Assembly: GCF_964188315.1 (NCBI RefSeq) | Contig: NC_135667.1 | Span: 22,630,001-22,694,000 of the forward strand | DNA from: Podarcis muralis | Taxonomy: Eukaryota | Direction: 5' to 3' | DNA length: 64,000 nt | Part shown: positions 1-12,337 of the stretch, piece by piece | Layout: each line of letters starts with the position of its first letter | Numbering within the stretch: the stretch's first letter is position 1 | Translations under genes and position numbers: made by a program | The notes under the pieces: model-generated | Seen by the model: only the letters and a program-made list of their open reading frames with translations | What the model was told of the DNA's origin: nothing | Database searches by the model: none

Positions 1-302
1 CTTAAAAAATATCATGAAAATTCTAGTGTGCCTTTCTCTTTATATGAACATTTTGTACACAGTTTTTGCCCAATATACACATTTTTAAATTATTTTTTCT
101 TTCCAAGTAGAATGCACTGTAATTTTAACTTTCACTACTACATGTATTTTATTCCAATTTACCATAATACAGTATACTGTCTTATATAGGTCAAAAATAA
201 TTAATTAATTTAGTTGTGTTGGTCTTTAAGAAAGAAAGTGAAATGATTTTTTTGGAGGGCTATTTATTTATTCATTATTCCACCCTTCCTTCAAAGGATA
301 CC

Positions 303-328
303 ATATATATATATATATATATATATAT
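303..328. repeat. (TA)n microsatellite, left flank of the Penelope-like insertion
   Basis: Perfect AT dinucleotide run read directly. Confidence 0.95.
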
Positions 329-382
329 GCAGGTTTTGGTGTCCTCGGGTGTCTTCCCGTGTAAAAGTTGGGGTGTCTAGGC

Positions 383-416
383 GACGTTTCGACGAGGTCT
401 CACTCGTCATCTTCAG
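383..416 (-). ncRNA. Minimal hammerhead ribozyme core (left arm copy)
   Basis: Exact reverse complement of the 1395-1428 core. Confidence 0.65.
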
Positions 417-1394
417 GCTGGTGCTTTCGGCTTCTTGTTACTGGAACAGAGCAGGATCTCAGTGTTTGAGTTCCTATAAATACTGTTGAGGGGTGTGGTG
501 TATAGCCTCAAATGTTCTGGGCCGAGAGGAAGTTCCCAGGCTAGTGTGCCTTTTCTTCTTTTGTTCCTTAGTTGCTTGAGGGATATCTTGAGTGATTTCT
601 TGAGTGATATCCTGAGTACCACTTAGGTGGGTCATTAGGTGTGGATTAGTTGCTAAAGCCTTTGTGTCTTGACCTCTTGAACTTTGTGAAGAGTTTTTCT
701 GAGAAGATGGCTGTAGTTGTGCTCTGGCTTGGCTTCGTGTATAGGGGCGAGCTGTGGTTTTGTGGCCTGTGCCAGCCAGATCTGTGTAGGGATTGCAGGG
801 GGGTGCAGCATCCGGAGGTGCCATCATGGTTTGGCTACTGGATGGTGTCTGTAATTTATCTGTGGAGAGGGTCTGGGTTTGGATCCAGAGGCACACAGAA
901 CGCCATCACCAATCAACCATACCAGACCCAAACCCAGACCCTCTCCACAGATAAATTACAGACACCATCCAGTAGCCAAACCATGATGGCACCTCCGGAT
1001 GCTGCACCCCCCTGCAATCCCTACACAGATCTGGCTGGCACAGGCCACAAAACCACAGCTCGCCCCTATACACGAAGCCAAGCCAGAGCACAACTACAGC
1101 CATCTTCTCAGAAAAAACTCTTCACAAAGTTCAAGAGGTCAAGACACAAAGGCTTTAGCAACTAATCCACACCTAATGACCCACCTAAGTGGTACTCAGG
1201 ATATCACTCAAGAAATCACTCAAGATATCCCTCAAGCAACTAAGGAACAAAAGAAGAAAAGGCACACTAGCCTGGGAACTTCCTCTCGGCCCAGAACATT
1301 TGAGGCTATACACCACACCCCTCAACAGTATTTATAGGAACTCAAACACTGAGATCCTGCTCTGTTCCAGTAACAAGAAGCCGAAAGCACCAGC

Positions 1395-1428
1395 CTGAAG
1401 ATGACGAGTGAGACCTCGTCGAAACGTC
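1395..1428 (+). ncRNA. Minimal hammerhead ribozyme core (right arm copy)
   Basis: CTGAAGA(1395-1401)-T-GACGAG/loop TGAGAC/CTCGTC (perfect 6-bp stem II)-GAAAC-GTC, with the predicted cleavage site after C1428. Stems I and III are minimal. Confidence 0.65.
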
Positions 1429-1510
1429 GCCTAGACACCCCAACTTTTACACGGGAAGACACCCGAGGACACCAAAACCTGCATACCTATACCCGTGAAA
1501 ATCTACGAAA

Positions 1511-1512
<2 letters not shown>

Positions 1513-1550
<38 letters not shown>
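1513..1550. repeat. (AT)n microsatellite, right flank of the Penelope-like insertion
   Basis: Perfect dinucleotide run. Confidence 0.95.
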
Positions 1551-1553
<3 letters not shown>

Positions 1554-2962
1554 TAAAATGTCTGGAAAAACCTGGGCATATGGCAAGGCAGGTAAGAGGG
1601 GGACCCCATAAAAATCCCCGAAAGCCCCTGAACTTTTTCTTTTTTGGGTGGTGGATGTTCGCCAAAAAAAGCTCAGCAACTTTGACACACACACACACAC
1701 ACACACGGCAACCCTACATGCTATAAAATAAATGCCCAGAACATTACATGATATATTCAATCAATCTTAAGGTTTATTGAGAAAGTTAATCAAGAAAGCT
1801 CATTGGCAACACATACAAGGAAGCTCATTGGCAACACATACAAGAAGACATGAGACAAGAAAGATGGATAACAGGTTATATTTATTAAAATGTAGAAACT
1901 AAAGGATCTGACAATCAAAATAATTCATCCCAAAGGAGGATCTCATGTCCCCCATCTCCTGAGCCAGCTGTCAGAGGCATGCTGTGATCACAAAGCATGT
2001 TCGTGAGAGAACTCTTCCCCTTATACTGTGCCTTCTCTCCCTGGCCTTATACCACGTGAGGTGCGATGGTACATACTCAAGCAGACAACTATCTGGATAA
2101 AAATGGCCACAATTTTATTGATTACAGGTACAGGTGGAACTTTGGCTCAGGCATTGTGTGCATATCCATTTCAGCTTTCTGCTGGATTGCTGGAACTATT
2201 TCAGGGTCGTGCCATGGACTATGGCCTCCCCATTGCATTGATTTACTGAGCTGACCATCCTAAGCTGGAAACCCGATGGCCCGTCTGTCCTAAACTTAGC
2301 TTCTAGATAGGGACTTCCACCAAGGCCCTTCTAATGGGGTATCCTGAATACACCTCTGATACCATGGTGGGTGATGCACCACTTCACCCTGTGTTTGAAG
2401 ACTTGGGTTCCTCTAATGCTTTCACAGTTTTGCTATGGAGAAGGCAAAACCTCCCAAGCTGCTGATTTGCCTACAAGGAGATGCCTTCCTAGTTCTGAAT
2501 ACAGCAACCATAGCAAGATCAGGAGGTACAAGAAAACCATTGAGTAAGATCTAGGGGGAAAGCAATGTTAAACAGAACCTGAAAAAGAAAATACATTTTA
2601 GAAGCATGATAAGTAATTGCCCTGAAGTGTAAACGGAATAATGTAAAGGGGGTGGGGAGGTTTTGCTCTTCAGCTGACTGCGTTGCGGAAGCCTCACACA
2701 GCCAGCCTTTTAAACTTCGCTGCAAGGCTGGATGGCATAGCAGCCCAATGGCCAACCAGCCAGCGAGGCACTGCCATCCACCTGGAACCTCTGATTGGCC
2801 CATTCAAAGTTGCCCTATTTGGAGGGAAAACCACCCCTCAATACTGCGAGTGGTGGGCGAGCATGCTTTGGCTGCCCGGGACAAAGGCAGAGTGTGAGGG
2901 GGCTGCATCCATTGATCTCCTTGGAAGTGGTGAGGGGGCACTCTGTGCTCCTTGGATGTATG

Positions 2963-3390
2963 AAAGACCTACGTTTCCCAGCACAATTCAGAGTGTTGGT
3001 GCTGACCTTTAAAGCCCTAAACGGCCTCAGCCCAGTATACCTGAAGGAGCATCTCCACTCCCATCGTTCAGCCTGGACACTGAGGTCCAGCACCAAAAGC
3101 CTTCTGGCGGTTCCTTCACTGTGAAAAGTGAAGGGAACCAGGCAGAGGGCCTTCTCGGTAGTGGCTCCCATCCTGTGGAACACCCTCCCAAAAGATGTCA
3201 AGGAGATAAACAACCACCTGACTTTTAGAAGACATCTGAAGGCAGCCCTGTTTAGGGAAATTTTTAATGTTTGAAGTTTCATTTTGTTTTTAATATTCTG
3301 TTGAAAGCCGCCCAGAGTGGCTGGGGAAACACAGCCAGATGAGTGGGGTAGGAAGTAGGAATATTATTATTATTATTATTATTATTATTA
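2963..3390 (+). mobile_element. L2 LINE 3' fragment with (ATT)n tail
   Basis: Translates to LRFPAQFRVLVLTFKALNGLSPVYLKE..RAFSVVAPILWNTLP, typical of the L2 ORF2 C-terminus; ends in ccgcccagagtggctgggg...(ATT)n. Confidence 0.8.
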
Positions 3391-3684
3391 GCATTTTGTC
3401 TCATTCATGCTCATGCACACTGCACCAAAGCAATGGAGACAGGGCTGACATTGGTCCATTTAAGCCCACCCTAGCTTCTAGCTTGGCCTTCTTGGGGTTT
3501 TATGGCACCCACCCTCCAAACCTTTATTAAGTGTAGACATTTGCTGGCTGATTTTTGGGATTCTGAGTAGGAATGCTTTGCCTATCATCATACTAGGATA
3601 CTACATCTGACCCTTGGCATGGTTGGTTTGTCCATCTTGTCATGTGCCATTAGTATTTCACACCTTGTATCCTTTCTTGACTAA

Positions 3685-3780
3685 ACGGCGGGAGGCAGTG
3701 GAAGACAGAGTGCCTGGCGTGCTCTGGTCCATGGGGTCACGAAGAGTCGGACATGACTAAATGACTAAACAACAACAACA
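3685..3780 (+). mobile_element. RTE/BovB LINE 3' tail fragment
   Basis: ggaggcagtggaagacag...ccatggggtcacgaagagtcggacatgactaaatgactaaac(aac)n; nearly the same as the 3' part of 10544-10772. Confidence 0.8.
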
Positions 3781-4007
3781 ATCCTTTCTGCAGATCTCTT
3801 GTGTTAAATTAATAAATATGGCCTAGTTCCCTCAACCTTTGTCTCTGGAATACTTATTTTCCTATGTGGTTGCAACTCCCCTGTGTTAGTTATTTAACAT
3901 CGTAAGATGCCTCAAATTCAGAATCTGCATTTTCTTTTTGCAGAATAAGGAAAAAGAAAGGGGGAGGGAGGCATAAAAAGATGTTTATGTAATGGAATTC
4001 TCTACAG

Positions 4008-4143
4008 TAGGGTTTCCCAAACTTAGGTCTCCAGCTGCTGTTGGACTACAACTCCTATCATCCCTAGCTAACAGGATCAGTGGTCAGGGATGATGAGAAT
4101 TGTAGTCCAAAAATAGCTGGCAACCTAAGTTTGGGAACCCCTG
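4008..4143. mobile_element. hAT-type palindromic MITE
   Basis: TIRs tagggtttcccaaactt / aagtttgggaacccctg; internal ggactacaactcc..atcatccc inverted repeat; degenerate 8-bp TSD ctctacag (4000-4007) / ctttatag (4144-4151). Confidence 0.75.
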
Positions 4144-4289
4144 CTTTATAGCAAATTCTAGATACACATCATATCTAGAAATATTTACTATATTTCCAAT
4201 ATAAAATTTAGCATTTCTTATGATTCTCTTCAAATTTTGATATATCTATACTGTGCTTTAAGTTCAGACATTCAATCAGGACATATTAT

Positions 4290-4415
4290 AGGGAATCAGA
4301 CCATTTGATCCCACCTTGTCTACATTGACTGGCAGAGTCGCTCCCAACCCTACCTAGAGAAGCAGGGAATTGAGCTGGGACCTGCAAAGCCATAGTGCTA
4401 CCACTCAGCTACCCC
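4290..4415 (-). mobile_element. Degenerate tRNA-derived SINE fragment
   Basis: The minus strand begins gggtagctgagtggtag...aggtcccagctcaattccctgc, resembling Pol III A/B boxes. Confidence 0.4.
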
Positions 4416-4558
4416 TTTTCTACCAACATTTCTAACTACAGGTCACCCATCATGAGTCATCACCCTGGCCCTTTATTAATTGTGAGCATAAGCATAATAT
4501 TTCACATGATTCTTAGGACCAGAAGCTTAACTCCTGCCAGACCAAATTCCTGCATATT

Positions 4559-7500
4559 TCACCTTATTAACTTGTTCTTGGTGTTCAGGTCTGGTCTCAG
4601 GATAATTATATAGCATTTGGGAGCAAAGATACAACCCAGTAACCCAGCACTGGAGGCCAAGATGGAGAAAATCTCTGCTGCCACCATGTATTTTCCCTTT
4701 GTGCTCAAGTAAGAGGGAACAAAGGACAACCAAACACTGCAGAAGACCAACATGCTGAAAGTGATGAATTTGGCTTCATTAAAAGTGTCTGGCAATCTCC
4801 TGGCCTGGAAAGCCACAGTGAAGCTGATAATGGCTAGAAATCCCAAGTATCCCAGAACACAATAAAACATTGTGTTTGACCCTTCACTGCATTCTACTAT
4901 GATTTTTTCAGCCAATGAGTTCATGTCTAAATTTGGGAATGGAGGAGCTGTACAAAACCATATACCACAAATAATGACTTGAATAAGAGAGCAACCAATA
5001 AGAATCAAATTAGTGAGTCTTTTCCCAACCCACTTTCTCATGTTAGACCCTGGCTTGGTAGCCATGAATGCAATAACCACAGTGATAGTTTTTGCCAATA
5101 CACAAGAAACAGCTACTGAAAAGATTATGCCAAAAGCAGTTTGCCGTAAACAGCAGGTCACTGACTGGGGCTTGCCAATGAATAGGAAGGAACAAAGGAA
5201 ACATAGAAATAGAGAGATCAGGAGTGAGAAAGAGAGGTTCTGATTGTTGGCTTTAATGATGGGAGTGTCTTTGTACTTGATGAAAATGCCTAGCACCAAA
5301 GCTGTAATTAGTGAAAATGTCAAACTAAAAACAGATAAAGTGATGCCCAATGGTTCCGAGAAAGAGAGGAAATCTATGACCTTAGGAAGGCATCTGTCTC
5401 TGTTTTTGTTTGCAAATTTATCTTCTGGGCATTGTACACAATCATCCATGTCTGAAAAATTAGAACAAATCAGGTGTCAGTATCAATTCCTCATTCACTA
5501 CTGTCAGCAAGCTCTGCTCTGTTCAATATAAACACGGCCCTTCAATTATGAGTATTTAAAGGAAGTTTCTAAAAATGGTATTGTTCTCCTCAAGATAGCT
5601 CTATACAGTAGTACCTTGGCTTAAGAACTTATTACGTTCTGGAGGTCCATTCTTAACCTGAAACTGTTCTTAATCTGAGGTACCACTTTAGCTAATAGGG
5701 CCTCCCACTGCTGCCATGCGATTTCTGTTCTCATCCTGAAGCAAAGTTCTTAACCTGAGGTAATATTTCTGGGTTAGTGGAGTCTGTAACCTGAAGCGTC
5801 TGTAACCTGAGGTACCACTGTATTTATTTCGCACATCTATTATGCAAATTTAATTTAAACAGAACTCAGCAAGCACTCCAATAGGATTTTTTAAGAAACC
5901 ATAGACTGGAAGACTAAGAATAGGTGAAAAAAAATCCTCTCTGTGTCACTTCAGCATAAGCTTAGCACATAAGTACTATTATGTCCTGTTTTCACATTTA
6001 TTTGAGAGTACAAAACTAAAATCTGCAGAACAACTCATATGTAGACTGCTTTAAGCATGAAAATAGTTTTTAGTTATTTCATGGTTCTGCTTTAACAATA
6101 GACCATATACAACATTTCAAACATCATCACCTTATAAGGCCTATCAGAGACTAGTAGAAGACTATTCAAGTGGAAAAGCTGAGAAATTACTACTGGTTAC
6201 TCTTAATGAGTGGAAATGAGAAATAAATTTAGTGTATTGCCAAATGCACTCGGTTTATTAGGCTGTATATTCACAACACTGTATTTCCTACCCTTTTGGT
6301 GTGAAATCTTTCCATCTGGACATGGAACACAATCATAGCAGCAAAATGGCTCACCCTCTTTCTTTTTTCTTCTGTAGCCTGGGTGGCACTTTTCATTACA
6401 CATGGCAACAGGCAGCATCTATCCATAAACAGAGGAGGAAAATGAATTGCTCTTGTACTTGCTTAATAACAAGAAACAAAGTTTTAAAGAAAGACACCAA
6501 TATATCCAAGACTGTAAGCCTTTAAATCAGGTGTGGGGAACCTTTGGCCCTCCATATCTTGCTGGACTGCAACTCTCATCAGCCCTAGCAGGCATGGCCA
6601 TTGGCCAAAGATAAAAGGAGTTATTGTTCAACATCTGGAGGATTAAAAGTTCCCCACACTTGCATTATACACTTATCTGGGCAAGCGAAGACTTTGGTAA
6701 TCTTTCGTAATACGGTGTCCTGTGCAAGACCAAAATTTGGTGCCCCTCAAATCAATCTACTCATTTGTCGATCTTCTAAATTTTGTTCCCCCTTGACTCA
6801 GCACCATATGCATGGAACCACCCACACCACCCTAAATCTGGCACTGATCTGAGATTGAGAGTAAAGAAGCAGTGGAGAATGTCTCACTCATGTGCCTAGT
6901 TAGGCCCACCAGCCATCGATTTTTGGCCCATGAGGAAATTTTGGCCAAGCAATACCCACTTGCCTTATATCATCTTTGGCGTGTAAAACATGACTCAGCT
7001 AAAAAGGTGTTGAAGCACCACACTGACCAGCTGATTGACAGTGCCTGTCAAGTCCTATGCAAAGTGCAATGCACTTTGTCAGATCCCCTTGCAAATGGCT
7101 GATATTTGCTCTTCAGAAACACTTTTCAAAGCACTACATAAAATAGCTACTTTGGAAGAAGCTTCTGTAAGATCCCTTTAGGGCAGGCAAAAAAAAAAAA
7201 AAAAAAGGTCACCAGACAGGTGACTGTCAAAATTTGCTTGATGGGGTGAGGAAAATTATGATCTCTGCGTTGACCAGAATGATTTCCTTACCTCTGGCAT
7301 AAGCAATTAACAAGCAGTGAATATAGTCCAAGATCAGTTCAAAATGATATCATGAGGTGGCTCCAGCCCAGTGTGAAAGCCATATTTTGAACCTATTTGA
7401 AGCTTCTGAACGCTCTTCAAGGGCAGCCCTATGATGAATGCATGATACCAATCTAACCTGGAGGCAACTTTCAGGAAACCATACACTATCTGTCCTAATT

Positions 7501-8698
7501 TCCTTGTCAGTAGCGGTGTAGTTAGCTGCTTGGGTGCCCGGGGCAGCGCAAATGCCCTACATCCAGGGGCAGGGCAAGCCGGGGCAGAGCATGCTGTGCA
7601 GAACCTCCACGGAGTCCACAAGCCCCACATTGCTGTTTTGGGCAGCATGGAGCTTGCAGGTGACCGAGTCTCTGCATCACTCCCCAGGAGAGACGTGTGG
7701 CTTGGGTGCTCTGCAGGCCAGGCCCCACGGTCACCCCCTCAGTGATGACACCTGGGGTGGCCCGCACCCATCGTACCCCCCTTCCTATGCCACTGCTTGT
7801 CACAATTAAATAGGAATGCTGCATTAATACAGACACAGTACAAAACTGATCACACTGTCTTTAATCAATAGCTTTGTGAAATTTTGACATAGCCCCCATG
7901 CATGGCAGTCTGGGAGGGCTTATCAAAGTTCAATATTGAAACACTTCTTGTTAAACATTTTCTCTTATACTATACTTAGAACCTACCTTGTTGAACATGT
8001 AGTGCCATGTGATAGCCTCCTCAACAATGACAAACTCTTTATCCATTATAGTTTGTGGTTCCATTGTTCCAATTTTCACTCTTACAAAAGATTGGTTTGG
8101 GAAAGTAACCCAGTTTATTATATCATATCCAGCTGCTAATTCACTATTCTCATTAAAGGATACTGTGTCTCCAGCAGTGTTGTTAAATGAGATGCTCCTT
8201 AGGAAAGAGTGAAGCTAGAATGAAGAGACAAAGAATGCTTATTTCTTCATTTGTTGAATTTGTACCCTGCCCTTCATCATATAGTGATCCTATAATGGGT
8301 TATAAAAAATGAAAACATATAATAATTGCTAAATAATACCAACAAATTTTTAAAGCCTCATACATTAAAATTCATAATACCACAAACAGAGAAGAGAGAA
8401 GTTTTTTACTGGTCCCAAAAACTATACAGATTTGGCACCAGTTGTCTTTCAAGGCATGAGAGTGAAGAGATATATTCTGGCAACAGAATGTGTGTGAGAG
8501 AGAGACAGAAACGGTGCTTTGATCATTCATTGTAACATTAATGAGTTTCAAATTCTTTAAGAATTGTCTTTTCTAATTGCAGAAGGGAAAAAAGTTACTG
8601 TATACTATAAACTTGACTAATCCAATATCACCCCCATTGAAGAGAAATCAATTGCATGGGAGAAATAAATATGTTCAAGGAAAATTAAATTATGTATG

Positions 8699-8747
<49 letters not shown>

Positions 8748-11700
8748 TGTCTAGTTAATTGAGTGCAATCAGATACCAAAATAGATTTTACAATATAGGT
8801 GCTTTTGATGTGAAATATTACCTGCCAATGTTGTAGATTTGGAAGATTAAATCTAGTTCTGTCCAGCATTGCTCTGTGTTTTGACCTGAACACGTACATC
8901 TTATGTAAACTATGTGCTATGGCATAGATTGCGTTGTAGATGCTATAACTTTGGCCAGTCATACTAATTTCAAAGAGTGTTCCAGAGAGCTGCTCCAACC
9001 TCTCTTCACCCGTGCAAATATTAGCATTTTCCTTCCCTGCATTAGAATCAGGAAATAAGCAATTGAATACCTGTTCCCAGAATATTCTCATAAAACCATC
9101 TCCTTTTGGTGAGTTTGGATTTAGGGTCTGAAGGTATTTTCTGAACCCCGGCACTTCATCTGAATGCATTGCAAAAGACAATGCACCATCAAAGACTCGT
9201 ATATCTGAAGCTCTGTGCATTGTATCTGATGAAAAATCCCATTGGACTGTAATAATCCATACTTTCCTTATGGAAGTCTCTACAATGCCTTTCAACATTG
9301 CGTATAAATATATTGTCCATGTCAAAGATGTTATTGTGGGATTTTCTGCATTTACAATCAATACTGTGATTTTGGAATCGGATAGATAACTGGCCTTATC
9401 TAGGATAGATTCAAATGAACTCAACATATCTATAGCATGAGTTATAGCTGGTATTTTGCTATTGAGGGCTATACAGATTCCATACTTCAAAAGCATTGGC
9501 ATTAAAGTCTGTACAAATGTGTCTCCATTTTCATTCTCCATTGTAAGGATCCCAACCCATTTCCACTGGAAATGAAGAAGAAGATGGACAATCCCTGCGT
9601 ATTGATATTCTTCATTCGGTACCATCCGGTAAAATGGAGGAAGCTGGCTTTTACTGTCCACCACTGGAGCATTCACACAGTAGGCAATCTAAAGCAAAGG
9701 AAAACAATACATTTGTCATGAAATAATCATACACTGGCAAAATGCAATGGGGTTTATGGCATGTAAGAGAAGGTGTAGTACTTCTGGTAGGGGGGGGGGA
9801 CATACCATTCTTCTTTTGGGCTAGTATGTCCACCTTTGGTCCCCACCCTGAACTCAGCTCTAACCTGTGGCTCCTAGAAGCTGTCAGCATGTGACAGTGG
9901 CCACACACCAGGAACATCTTTGACTGGCCAGCTAAACTAGGTGAGAGTAGCCAATGGGTCTTTGTTGGGTGTCTGCAAAATGTTGATTACTTTGCAGGTT
10001 TTCTATGCATCCAAACCTGCTGCCCTCTAGTATCAGGAGTAAGCACATTATACTTCCCACATTGTGCCTTAGTTTCTAACACTACTTGGAAGGAAAAGTG
10101 GCAGTTATGCCACTAAGGGTTTATCTTTCTTTGGTGCATGCTTTCTAGGTACAGGTCTACATTTTAAAGCTCTGTGTCTAAGGGATTATTGTTGTTGGCA
10201 TCCTGGCAGTTTCCCCAGGAAAGCTCACATTTTATAGCTGAATCAGAGGAAACAGCAGTCAACAGAAAACCCAATCAATGTTTGCTGATTTTCCTGTGCC
10301 TAGAAACATGGCACAAAAGGAAGTCTGGATGACTCCCAGTTTTGGCATATGAACACATATGCTTAGTAGATGGAATGCTAATAAAATGTCCCGGAAAAGG
10401 ACACTAACAAAAAAATAAATAAATCTAAACGTTATTTCTATTTCTTATTCCTCTACTGATCTTAGGAATGAAATGCAATAAATCACCTATCTTACCAGCA
10501 GAGAATGGTAAGAAATTGACAATTGCTATTATCTTGAGCATGATACTTTGGTCACCTCATGAGAATAGAAGACTCCCTGGAAAAGACCCTGATATTGGGA
10601 AAGATTGAGGGCACAAGGAGAAGTGGACGAGATGGTTGGACAGTGTTCTCGAAGCTACTAACATGAGGTTGACCAAACTGCAGGAGGCAGTGGAAGACAG
10701 GAGTGCCTGGCATGCTCTGGTCCATGAGGTCAGGAAGAGTTGGACATGACTAAACGACTAAACAACAACAACACATCTCTCCCTTATTCTCTCTGTCTTT
10801 CTTACAGAAGACAACAAAGAAAAAGAAAATGGATATAGTAGAACAACACATAAATAAAAGTTGAAAAAGAATCATGTCCATCTGCCCCCCCCCCCATTCT
10901 ACCTGTGGAATCTTGTAGATGCCTAAGAGTATAGCCATGTAAAGGGAGATTTCACAATCAAGTCCCCCAATGACAGCTATCAGATTCTTTTGCTTATCAC
11001 ATTTAAAATTTGGAACAATTATTTTGTAGCTGGAAAGAAGTTTCAATGTGTTCTGATGAGTCATCCTTGCATTTAGGTAACTATCATAAATGTGGAAGCC
11101 AAGGCTGCCATTTGGTAAGGTCTTGGAATTCATATTGACCTCATTCACCGCAAATACCAATGACAAAACATGCTGATAGTATTTTGTTCTTGCCCTAAAG
11201 GAAAAGTTACATTATGTGTAAGACAGATATTGAGCCCTCCATCAACCATCTGTTTCATAACATCTATTTGACAGCATGCCAGCTGACAAAGTTGTCATGG
11301 CTGCAAATATTATCAGAATTCTTAAGATTGTATTCTCTCTACTGATTCATCAAAAATAAGAAACCAATAGAAAACAAGCCTTTATAGTAGTGTTTGAGTT
11401 ATACCACTTCCCCACCCCCGGCTTAGTTTATGCTGGGTTGCCCGATCAAGTGGCCATACATGTCAGGGGCTATGACAGGCACTACTCAATTATAAAAGAC
11501 CCAGAAGAAAAGTTGGGCTGTGGGCATATCCAAGAATGGGACCAATTCTATCACTGTTGAACACAACTTCTCATTCCCCTTCCCAGCTGGTTCCTTCAGA
11601 ATTTGCCTTGCAAAAACAATTGCAATGCTGCTTTCTGATTATGCCAATGCTTGGCTCACACACGTTTATCAGTTATGACCTCGTTTAGTGCACGCAGAAG

Positions 11701-11981
11701 GTAAAACAAAAGACAAAGCAAAACAAAACAAAACAAAACAAAAAGCCTTACAAAAGTCCATCTACAAACTTGGTTGTTGGATGTTCACTGAATGATATGT
11801 CATCAAATATGCAGCCATACAAAGCTGCAATTGCTCCAATGGTAATGTCTCCTGCTTTATAATACTGGTATGGGAGCTGGAAGGGATTAGTCATGTCACA
11901 CATAACAGTGGGTCCCTTGCACTCAGTCTGAGGCAGCTGCAGTGACAGGATGAGCAACAGGAAAAGAAACACCCCTGTCAT
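4559..11981 (-). CDS. Vomeronasal type-2 receptor (V2R, class C GPCR), gene A, intact, 878 aa
   Basis: Exons 11981-11752, 11194-10903, 9688-8822, 8214-7987, 6418-6292, 5451-4559 (230/292/867/228/127/893 bp, total 2637). All introns GT-AG with phases 2,0,0,0,1. Signal peptide, Venus flytrap domain ([14 protein letters not shown]), nine-Cys domain (CHPGY..FCCYDC) and 7TM ([29 protein letters not shown]). Confidence 0.95.
5606..5820. mobile_element. Tc1/mariner (Tigger/pogo-like) MITE
   Basis: TA-cagtagtacctt...aggtaccactg-TA; same family as 55835-56076. Confidence 0.8.
6528..6662. mobile_element. hAT-type MITE
   Basis: TIRs caggtgtggggaac / gttccccacacttg; internal gactgcaactctcatcagccc motif like 4008-4143. 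Confidence 0.65.
7335..7505 (-). mobile_element. L2 LINE RT C-terminal fragment
   Basis: Minus-strand translation [25 protein letters not shown] resembles L2 [23 protein letters not shown]. Confidence 0.6.
7511..7795. mobile_element. hAT-type non-autonomous element
   Basis: TIRs tagcggtgtag / ctatgccactg; 8-bp TSD cttgtcag (7503-7510) / cttgtcac (7796-7803). Confidence 0.65.
8700..8744. repeat. (TA)n microsatellite in gene A intron 3
   Basis: Dinucleotide run. Confidence 0.9.
10544..10772 (+). mobile_element. RTE/BovB LINE 3' fragment
   Basis: tactttggtcacctcatgagaa..gactccctggaaaagaccctgat..gggaaagattgagggcacaagga..gactaaacgactaaac(aac)n is the characteristic BovB 3' end. Confidence 0.85.
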
Positions 11982-12337
11982 CTTTGCCTACGTCTTGATG
12001 CAGAATATCTTATTATCCAGTTTCAACCTGGTTGAAAAAGTGGCATTAGATCCTTTACATTAAAAAAAAGATTTCCCAATGAACAGACTGCAGCAGATAA
12101 TTTATCATTGCAGCACCAAATGACACTGACATATTATATAACAGTTTTTAGGTTGTTATTGACTTTGCCTGATATCTCATTTAAAACATACACAGAGAGA
12201 CACACTTGGGATTTGGCAATGTGAGTGAGGGTGCCTTATAATTTGTCATAATTAAATGTCTGAAAAGCTCTCCCAGGAGTATTGCATTGTGCAAGACACT
12301 ACAGTAGAAACAAACATGTTTGGTAGATCTCAGTATA

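Larger units (their letters stand above)
326..1512. mobile_element. Penelope-like retroelement remnant: two inverted pseudo-LTR copies forming a palindrome
   Basis: 326-882 is the reverse complement of 928-1485; ORFs 413..622(-) and 1189..1398(+) encode the same 69 aa. The only difference I found is one T5/A6 indel. Each arm carries a CTGAAGA...GAAACGTC hammerhead core. Inverted pLTRs with hammerheads are established Penelope features. No RT or GIY-YIG domain is recognisable. Confidence 0.8.

Noticed and set aside
413-1398. Several 65-171 aa ORFs, including two identical 69-aa ORFs
   Set aside because: They are products of the inverted repeat and low-complexity retroelement sequence, not host genes.
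1796-1844. Two-copy 25-bp tandem repeat
   Set aside because: A simple local duplication with no spacers; not CRISPR-like, and the DNA is eukaryotic.
11748-11981. Short secreted peptides from exon 1 ORFs that stop at the donor site (all five genes)
   Set aside because: An automatic consequence of phase-2 introns starting GTAA (or TA|GT in gene F); no evidence of intron retention.
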